This document shows, piece by piece, positions 51,280 through 60,335 of a stretch of 64,000 nucleotides of DNA. Origin of the DNA: Azolla caroliniana. Taxonomy: Eukaryota; Plantae; Polypodiophyta. Location: assembly GCA_043228905.1 (NCBI GenBank), contig JBHGNT010000003.1:21576001-21640000 (forward strand), written 5' to 3'. Below the pieces are notes generated by a model. That model saw nothing but the letters and a program-made list of their open reading frames with translations. It made no database searches and was not told the origin of the DNA. How positions within the stretch are numbered: position 1 is the stretch's first letter; each line of letters starts with the position of its first letter. Made by a program: the position numbers and the translations under genes.

Positions 51280-54070
51280 GTCGGGTTCACCAAGATGTCG
51301 AGGTATTCCTCGCGGATGCGTGGAATGAGGCGGGACCTTGGGGGTCCTGTACCGAAGAGCAAGAGAGGAAGGAGAAGAGACCCTCTACGTGCGAGCGTAG
51401 ATCCACCGGGACACGGCCCTTCGACGCAAAAACGCAAGTGGGACAGCGACACAGAAAGACACGAATGTATGTATGTATTAACAAAGACAAACAACAAGAA
51501 CACGAAGACAACAAAAACACGAAGTCGGTTACGACCGAACAGGCCGGCGAACAGATGTCGATGCCTGTTCGTAAACGCACAGAAGGAGAAGAGTAGGTTG
51601 GAGGTGCTTCCGGAAGCACTCGGGCATTCCTCAGAACAGCGCGAGCCTCCCGAAAACCTGCACAGAAAGAAGCCACGGAGTTTTTGAACCAGAGAGAGAG
51701 AGAGAAGCCTTCGCACACAAACCGACAACACTTCGTCCTCAACTCTCCGCGATCCCTTCCTCCTCGTCTCCCTCCTTTTATAGGCCAGGAAGGAGCCGTT
51801 TCCCCTTTACTTCTTACCTACCAAATCTACCTGCCTAGGATCTCCTATGTACAACGTAAGGCGCACGTGCATGAAGAGCAGGTTCCTACGCTCCGGTGCA
51901 CCGATTCCGCTTGTGGACGGTTTTCTTCACGACACCGGTATCGCCATCCTCGTACCGTCGAGTTCCGCCAGGTGATACGTCCCGTTGTCGTTGGCGCTCG
52001 TTACTACGTAAGGCCCGAACCACCGCTTTGCAAACTTCCGTGTTGCTCGGTGCTGGTTGTCGAGGCTACTGTCGTAGACTAGCACCCAGTCGCCTTCCTC
52101 GATTTTCTTTGGTCGGAGCTAGTGCGTTCGGTCGAACCGGGCTTTGTTCCTCATCCTCGTCGTCCGAAGTCTCTCCGCCGCTCGTTCCACGTCCTCTGGC
52201 CTCCGCTCGAGTTGCCGGATACGCGCCGCTAGTAGTTCATCCCGACTCATCTCCTCTCCCCAGTCCACTGTTGCCCAAGAGGAGATCGTCCGTTCCATCG
52301 GCATGATCGGCTTCTGTCTGAACATGAGCTTTGATGGCATGAACCCGGTTATAGAACTGTGCGTTGTCCGGTCCGCCCACAAGGCATAAGGTAACAGTCG
52401 TGGCCAGTTCCTGACCTGGCCTCCGCATGCCCGGACTAGCGCTTTGACGATCGGTCCGTGTCCGCGCTCCACCTTCCCGTTCGCTTCCGGATTGTACGTT
52501 GTGGTGAGCGAGAGCTTGACCCCTAACCGGTCGAATAGCTCCTCGGCCTCTTCGGCGTCCAACTCCCCGCGATCAGCCACGATCTTCCCGACGCACCCGT
52601 ACCGGCATATCACCTCCTCGATTAGGAACCGACACACGGCCGCGGTCGTTTTGCTCTACAGGGCTCAGCCTTCCACCTGGTTCATCAGGTCCTCCCGGGC
52701 CAGCACCAGATATCGCATCTGCCCTATGCCCATCGGCATCGTCACCAAATCTACCCACCATTTGAAGTGGATGGTCGGAGGGTATGTAGGATGAAGCTCG
52801 TCCCGATGTCGGACTATGGAGTGTATCTGACAGCTCTTACAAGTTGTCACGAACCGATGCACGTCCCGGTACAGTCCCGGCCACCAGTACTTCCCTTTTA
52901 GTTTCTCGAACGTGGCCCACGTCCCACGATGTCCAGCCCAGGGGCTGTCGTGGTAGGCCTTCAGCAACTCTTCCTGTTCCTCCTTCATCGCCACTACTCG
53001 GAGCGGGATGCCGTTTCTCTTCTTCGGGTGCTTCCACAAGTATCCGTCCCGGAGAAAGAATTGGTACGCTTTCTTCCGGATCCGGTTGGCCTCGTCCTTT
53101 GTCCATGACGCGTCCGGCGTCATCGTCCTTAAGAATTCCCCAATCTGCAGCCACTCCCCGTCGTACTTGCTCTCGTTAAAATTGTTAAGCGCCGGAGTGC
53201 TCCCTCCCTCGGTTGTTACGTAGGCCGCCTCGAAGAAGTCCACGCCGACTTCCTTGTCCTCCGAAACCATGCTGCCCTCGTCGTTGAATCGCGCCCTCGA
53301 AAACATGTCGGCCATGGCTTTGTCTTTCCCGGAAATGTGTCGTATTTCCAGATCCAGGGACTTGATGTACACTATCCACCTGAGCATTGCCAGGTCCGGG
53401 GTTGCGCATCCGGAAACCATGCCGAGAATCGGCAGGCAGTCCGTCTCGATAATCACCTCTGTCCCGATCAGATAGTCTTTATCGGCCTTTACCGCCGAAA
53501 CAATACCCCAGAGTTTGCGTTTAACCTGGGCGTATCCTCGCTTTCGCTCACTGAGGACCTTCGCGCCGAACCAGATTGGGAATCGAATGTCGTCCTTATC
53601 TTCTTGGTTGACGACCCATCCAATCCCGGTCGGACTTGTATCTACCGTTATGTAGATGGGAATGCCTTTCTTGTAAATAGCCTTCCGAAGTGCCGGAGTT
53701 GCAGCAAGAGCCTCCTTCACATTCCGGACCGACTCCGTATGCTCGTCTCGCCACTCGAATTTTCGCCCCTTTTTTGGCAACCCGTATAGCGGTTCGGCAA
53801 CGTGGGCGTAATGCGGGATCCATATGTGGTAGAACGCGCATGCTCCCAAGAACCTCCGTACCTCCGTGACCGAGTTACAGTCGGGCTTCATTGCGGAGAT
53901 GGCTTCCACCTTAGCCGGAGATAGTTTCCGGCCATACGATCCGCATAGATGTCCGACGACCATGATCTCTTATTGCCCAAGGCCGATTTCTCCCCGGAGA
54001 AGGTGAGCCTCGCGTCCTCTAGCCTCTGCAGCACCCTCTCGCAGTCGTCAATGTGTGTCGCCACGATTGG

Positions 54071-55491
54071 CATCTGTTGACCATTCGTGTTGTCCTGATT
54101 GCCGTCCCATGTTGTTTCGCGTTGCCTTCGTCCTCTCGCCGCCACCTTCCTTCTCCATGGTCTTACATAACTGCGTCGGCTCAAACCGCCATGGTCTCCG
54201 GAACGGTGTGGAGGATCCCTTTCTGGCCTTCTACACGCTACCTCCGAACCGCACAACCTATCTCCGTTGTCGCGTTGCTACGCGCGTGCGTGGAGAAGGG
54301 CGGGACCACGGGGTTCTTGGACTAAGGAGTAGAGGAGAAGGAATCGGACACGGAATGGAAGCTTTGCTCAAGAAGAAGAAGAATGAACAAGAGACTAGAT
54401 CGAACAAGAGGGAGATGGAGACAAGATGAACAACAAGATGTATTAAAACGAAATGAACGATTACAAAATGGTGGCCGCATCGGCCGCACCAAACGACTAC
54501 TCGAAACCCTAACCGACCACAATGAAGATCACGATAAAGAAACCCTAACCCTAACCCTAACGCTCGACCTATGTGGTATACCTCGCACACTCAAAATAGG
54601 CAACCCTCACAATGGTGCCTTCCCTCTCCTTTTATAGCACAAGGAGGGAAGACCGTTTACAAGAACGAGACTAAAATATCCCCTTTCATTCAAAGGGGAT
54701 ATTTGCCTTGATTTGGGGAGGGTGAGATTGATGGCCCCTTAACTCCCACCTCCTCACAAACAACTAGGTACCTATGTACCGCATAGTACCTCTCTCTCTC
54801 TCTCGCGTGAATGTGCGCACAAGACCACATCGCCTTTATACCTTAGGGATCTTATGGGGCATTTCTAGCACCATACCCTTTTCCCCTATTATTATTACAA
54901 ATACATTATGTACGTGTGCAACGTTGCACATCGCTCTTTAGCTCTCGTTGCTCGGGTATCCGCTCGTGGACGAAAATCTTCACGACACCGCGCTCGCCTT
55001 TCTGCTCCGGCACCTCCGTGTGCCACATACCCTCGTCCGTGGTTTGGCACTGCCTATGCCATAATCCGGTTCATTGCACGCCTTGTCGGCCCCTTTCCCG
55101 GCCAGATCGTGCATCGCCGCTCACCCGTATACTGGTGTCCTCCGCATCCGAGGAACACCCCGTAGTAGCCCGCTTGGCCTTTCCCGTCTTCGTGCTGCTG
55201 CAACAGGTCCTGAGTCTTCCGCTTGCCGTCGTCCCCTCACCCCCAACAGCTTGTCACCCCGGGCTTGCCATGTCAGTCTTCGCTACTTTGACGGAGCTCC
55301 CGAGATCTACGAAGCAAGTGTGGAGGATCCTCCTCCGGCCTCTCTTGCCATCCCCTGACTCCGACCCTGTGCAGTCCACTAGGCACTTGTCACCTCGTTC
55401 CCGGCACCTCCCTCGTGCCGTCTTTCGCTTCCTTCGTTCGGCACCGCCCGTGCCGAACACTGTCCCGTAGTCACGCTTTGATATGGCCCGC
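54071..55491 (-). mobile_element. Fragment X5: probable non-coding internal region of an X-type element, split by solo LTR-C
   Basis: GC-rich, no pol motifs. Purine-rich minus strand with loose similarity to X3 at 58.6-59.0 kb. Confidence 0.45.
54268..54987 (-). mobile_element. Solo LTR-C copy 2 (720 bp)
   Basis: Near-identical reverse complement of 28777-29496. TSD CCGT (54264) / CCGC (54988). Confidence 0.92.
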
Positions 55492-56067
55492 TATCGTGAA
55501 GATTTTCGTCCATAGGCGGAAACCGGGGTGGGAAGGGCAAGTCGGTGGTGTGCTACATGTGCACATGTAAACTAGGATATGGTGTATAGAAAGAGAGGGG
55601 ACATTTTATCCCACATTGTAAGGTCCCTCCCTCCTTAGGCTATAAAAGGAAGGGAGGGGTCACTTATGAAGGGGTTGCCTATTTTGAGGGAAAGAGGCAT
55701 ACCACTTAGGTCGAGGGCTTCCTATTCGGTTTTAGGGTTTCGGTTAGGGTTTTCTTCTTGGGTTTTCCTTTAGGGTTTTCTTATAGTCGTTTGGTGCGGC
55801 CATGGCGGCCACCATTGTAAAGCGTTTATGTTTTCTTAATAGAACTTCTTGTTGAGTATCTTGACTCCATCTTCTTCATCTTCTTCTATCATAATGTCAT
55901 ATTCGTTCTCTTCTCCTCTTGAGCTATGAGCTAATCTTCCATTCGTTGTCTTAACCTTTCTCCTCTTCTCCCTAGTCCAAGACCCCCGTGGTCCCGCCCC
56001 TTCCACACGCACGCGCGTAACAACGCGACATCTTTGGTGAACCCGACGTGAAGGGCGGCAAGGGAGC

Positions 56068-57636
56068 ATGGAGATTGAAGAAGACTTCGACTTCGAGGAG
56101 ATGATGGCAAAGATCATAATGGATGCGCAACGGAAAAAGGCGAGGCGAGATGCGGCTCAACAAGCCGTCGAGAGGGTGGTCGATCGAGTCGGCCGATTCA
56201 ACGGGGACGATGTCCCGAGGTTCTTGGAAGCGTACGATGCCGAGATGGCAAAAGGGGGCGTAGAAGAGGCGATGCGGCTAGAGTATTTTCCTCGAGTGGT
56301 GGCCGTATCGGTGCACAAGGAGGTCAAGGAGCTACGAGAAGCTCATGAGTCGTGGGTGTCCTTTGAAGGAGCCCTATTGGAGGCGTACGGGTACATGGAA
56401 CCGGAAGGAAGAGGTCGACATGAGTTCGATCGGTGGGTGTGCTGGCAACATGATGCGAGGCGGTCGGCCATAACACGGCCCGCGAGCGGCAGAGAAGAGA
56501 GAGCGGTGAGTGAGTACGCACTACCGCCGGAAGAGAGCTCAACGCAAAACGGTTCGGAGGAGCTCGACCTAGAGGTGCTAATACGGGAGGCATGCGAGCT
56601 TGTGAAGGTGAAAATCGGAGCCGAAGAAGGGCTTGTTATGGAGACGGGCCGGAGGCGATCGGAGGATGCGGAGGAAGAAGCCTCCCTAGACGTAGAAGAC
56701 GGGGCCTATACGGAGGCCGGGAGAGTGTACGACGTCGACATAGGAGAGGGTGCGGAGCAAGCAACCCTCTTGCCTTGCGGTGAAGGGACGGCCATGGAGG
56801 CCGGTAACTACGGATTCGGGACATGGCAGTCCGAAACATTGAGTGAGGAGCGGACAAGCGGCGGTGCCGCGACCTTACACACACCGGTCCTAGAGACTCC
56901 AACATCCGGCCCGAGAGCCTGTGTGAGACCTAGAGTGACGGACGGTGGCGGCGGCAAGGCGGGCAACCGAGACGACGGCATAGGAGAGATGGTGGCAAGC
57001 GTAATCGAGGCTTGCGGAATCGGAGATGGGGTATCCACGGACAATGACGTTCAGATAGAGGTGGCTACGGACATAACGAGTGGCAGTGCCGCGACCTTAC
57101 ACACACCGGCCCTAGAGGTTCCGGCGGTCGGCCCGAGTGCCGGCATGAGACCTAGAGCGACGGCCAGTGGTGGCGGCAACGCGGGCTACCACGGCGACGA
57201 AGAGAATGAGGAAGAGATAGCCACGGACCACGACGTCCGAACGAAGGTGGCTACGAACATGGCATCGGCGAGTAACGGTACCGGGACTTTTCCCACACCT
57301 ATTCTAGAGACTTCGGCAGTCGGCCCCGAGAGCCCACGTGAGACCGGAGAGACGGAAGGTGGCGGCGGCAAAGCGGACGATCGAAACAACGACGAAGAAG
57401 GTCATAGCGGACGGAGGCAAGACCTCTCGACATCGAGACCGGAGACTACGGTGGTTGTGCTCGAATGCCAACATAAGCCGGAGAGAAGGGCGGTGGCCGT
57501 GAGGAGGCGTGGCCCGGAGCGAACACGTACGAAGATGAGGATGCGACGCCCGGAACGGGCATATACGAGAGGACCGACGGAGAGGTCGGCAGCGGCAAAG
57601 AGGAGAGAGTCGGGAACCGACCCGACCGGAAGATGA
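56068..57636 (+). CDS. X3 Gag-like ORF (522 aa): capsid N-terminal part plus acidic repeat tail
   Basis: ATG 16 nt after the PBS. AAQQAVERVVDRVGRFNGDDVPRFLEAYDAEM..SWVSFEGALLEAYG, then three TPxLExxxxGP repeats. Confidence 0.6.
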   Translation: MEIEEDFDFEEMMAKIIMDAQRKKARRDAAQQAVERVVDRVGRFNGDDVPRFLEAYDAEMAKGGVEEAMRLEYFPRVVAVSVHKEVKELREAHESWVSFEGALLEAYGYMEPEGRGRHEFDRWVCWQHDARRSAITRPASGREERAVSEYALPPEESSTQNGSEELDLEVLIREACELVKVKIGAEEGLVMETGRRRSEDAEEEASLDVEDGAYTEAGRVYDVDIGEGAEQATLLPCGEGTAMEAGNYGFGTWQSETLSEERTSGGAATLHTPVLETPTSGPRACVRPRVTDGGGGKAGNRDDGIGEMVASVIEACGIGDGVSTDNDVQIEVATDITSGSAATLHTPALEVPAVGPSAGMRPRATASGGGNAGYHGDEENEEEIATDHDVRTKVATNMASASNGTGTFPTPILETSAVGPESPRETGETEGGGGKADDRNNDEEGHSGRRQDLSTSRPETTVVVLECQHKPERRAVAVRRRGPERTRTKMRMRRPERAYTRGPTERSAAAKRRESGTDPTGR

Positions 57637-58369
57637 ACCGGTCGATAATCCGACACGACCGGAAGACGACGCGGAAGAACATTGGAGCGGGGTCCGGTCA
57701 ACCAGGCTTGAACCGAAGAAGAGCCGGCAAGGCCGGATTTGTTCGGACAAACATGTACCGGCCGGTTACGATTACGGAAGGGAGCCGACCAAACCGGAAC
57801 TCGATCGGCCGAGACCGATACGGGCGAAGGCTAAGTCGGCATGATTGGAGGTCGAGGCGAACGGGCCACAACACCCGGTGGGAGCCGGTGAGCGCGAGAA
57901 GGAGACCAAGCATGCACAAGGAGTACGACTCGGTGGGAGGCCAAGAGTGAGAGGGACCCTCCTCACCTATTCTTGAGACTTTGGCGGTTGCGGATCGACG
58001 TAAGACCAAAGAGACGGCAGAAGGCGGCGAGGAGTCGGAGGCCGGAACGGACAAGGCTACCGGAACGGGTACCCGGTGCGTGAAGGCGGACGAGCACGGC
58101 CAAGACGGAAAGTCGGAGTCGAAAGGGGCGTAGGGCAACGAAATACGAAGAGGCCGACGCGGAGGTCGGAACTACAACGAGGGAAGCGTGTAACACGAAG
58201 CATGCATTACGGCATAGAACGGAGCGTGCACTACGGCCGGCGAAGGGCCAAGAAGCAAGCATGCACCCAGAAGAGCCACAACGAGTGACCGATGATGACG
58301 GTCGGAGGAAGCCTTCGAGAGGCAAGCGCGGGACGACGGGCAGTGTGACGAGACGCCAAGATCGACAGA

Positions 58370-59390
58370 ACGAGACGGGCGTGATCGGCGTGAACGAAGG
58401 ATTGTGTCTGGGAAAACGGAGGGGATGCGCGGAGAACAACTGGGTACACACCGGGAAGAGAAAACGTGGCGGCTTCCCAGAAGGCATACAAGGCCAAGCG
58501 GGCCAAGAGGGCGCAAGTCGAGGCGAGGCGATAACGAGAGCCTCGAGGGGCACCGACACGGAGGTCGGGATGATGATACGCTCTACGGCGAGAGAGCACG
58601 ATGGGCAAAGGAGAGGCAAGGAATGCGGAATGGGGCCGCCTAAGGGCCAAAGAATGAGCGCATATTCGGGGGACAACATCGACGCATGGGAAGAGCCTAA
58701 GGAAGGCAAGCGCGGAGCGGGAAGAGTCGACACACCGAGGTGTTCGACATGCGGAGACGATGAAACCAAAGGAGCGGCACGCAAAGGGCGGAAACCGGAG
58801 TGCGACCGGAGAGATCCGGAGCGCATCCGGAGGACATGCGAGGCAGACCAAGAGGGTGTACCTCGGGGTGAAGCGGCAACATCGGAGGTTGTGGAGGACA
58901 CCGAAGACGAGAGCACCAACATGGATATCGGGGAAGCAACGTACCTTTTCGAAAGGGTACGCAGAGCGGAGCGGAGTGCGAGACGTGCAATGTGGTCACG
59001 TAAGGGCCGAATGACAAGCACGAGGATGATTGGCGAGCATGGAAGGCTATGTCTTGAGAACCGGAGGAGGTGCGTGGAGAGCAACGGGCTATGGAAGCGT
59101 GGCGTCCCGGAAGGCATGCGAAGCCAAGCGGGCGAAGAGGACGAGAGACGGGATGAAGCGGTGACGGGAGTTGCGGAGGACACTGACATGGTGGTCGGGA
59201 TGACGGTACGCTCTACGGCGAGAGAGCACGGAGCGCAACGGAGAAGCGAGGAGCGTGTAATGAGGTCGTTGAGGGACTGACGAACGAGCGCATGTTCGGG
59301 AGACAACAAGGGCCCACGGAAAGAGCCTATGGAAGGTGAGCGCGAAACGGAGGGAATCGGCGCGAGGTGTTCGAGACGAAGGGAGGATCG
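58370..59390. repeat. Diverged internal direct repeat in X3 (period about 630-645 bp)
   Basis: For example ggtcgggatga...tacgctctacggcgagagagcacg at about 58563 and 59193. Confidence 0.7.
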
Positions 59391-60335
59391 AGCCAGAGAT
59401 AGAACACAAGCGGTATGCGAGGGGCAGAATCCGGCGAGCAAACGGGGTGACCAAGGGCCTAATCGGAGGACCTATGTGGCGGACAAAGAAAGAGTGACCG
59501 GATCAGAAATGGCGTTCGGGAGGACTGACTGGGGAGGAAAGCGCGTGTGGTGGATATGCAGGTTCGGATGGAGCCGCCGGTTCGGGAACACACGGTGGAT
59601 GTGGTGGATCGGATGGAGTTGATGGGTCGGGGCCGGTAAGGAGCCGGCAAGACGGATCGACGCCGGCAAGCGACCGGCAAGACGGTTGGGTGCCGGTAAG
59701 GCGAAAGACCCGGTTGATCACCGTCGCCGAAATCTCTCACCCTTTTCCTTTCTTGGCACATACAGGTGGATGTGCGGTTTGGTGGGGGTGGATGTCGTGA
59801 AGATTTTCGTCCATAGGCAGAAACCGGGGTGGGAAGGGCAAGTCGGTGGTGTGCTACATGTGCACATGTAAACTAGGATATGGTGTATAGAAAGAGAGGG
59901 GAAATTTTATCCCACATTGTAAGGTCCCTCCCTCCTTGGGCTATAAAAGGAAGGGAGGGGTCACTTATGAAGGGGTTGCCTATTTTGAGGGAGAGAGGCA
60001 TACCACTTAGGTCGAGGGCTTCCTATTCGGTTTTAGGGTTTCGGTTAGGGTTTTCTTCTTGGGTTTTCCTTTAGTGTTTTCTTATAGTCGTTTGGTGCGG
60101 CCATGGCGGCCACCATTGTAAAGCATTTATGTTTTCTTAATAGAACTTCTTGTTGAGTATCTTGACTCCATCTTCTTCATCTTCTTCTATCATAATGTCA
60201 TATTCGTTCTCTTCTCCTCTTGAGCTATGAGCTAATCTTCCATTCGTTGTCTTAACCTTTCTCCTCTTCTCCCTAGTCCAAGACCCCCGTGGTCCCGCCC
60301 CTTCCACACGCATGCGCGTAACAACGCGACACCGC

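Larger units (their letters stand above)
47785..51934 (-). mobile_element. Gypsy deletion derivative G5 with both LTR-F copies
   Basis: TSD CCGG at 47781-47784 and 51935-51938. LTRs 47785-48426 and 51296-51934. PBS 51275-51292, PPT 48427-48445. Gag-PR present; RT, RH and the INT N-terminal half are deleted at about 49117. Confidence 0.95.
46945..54070 (-). mobile_element. Ty3/gypsy element G4: 3' LTR-D 46945-47585, PPT, INT split by G5, RH, partial RT
   Basis: INT tail 47586-47784 continues at 51939. RH-INT ORFs at 52119-53963. Truncated within RT at about 54070. Confidence 0.9.
55492..60331 (+). mobile_element. Complete non-autonomous Gag-only LTR element X3
   Basis: TSD CCGC at 55488-55491 and 60332-60335. 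539-bp LTR-G at 55492-56030 and 59793-60331 (about 8 differences by eye). PBS 56035-56052, PPT GCGGTTTGGTGGGGGTGGA at 59774-59792. No PR, RT, RH or INT. Confidence 0.94.

Noticed and set aside
57633-59761. Long ORFs in X3 (492 aa minus, 339 aa plus) as env-like or accessory genes
   Set aside because: No signal peptide, clear transmembrane segment or recognisable motif. They are expected from GC-rich, strand-biased repeat sequence.
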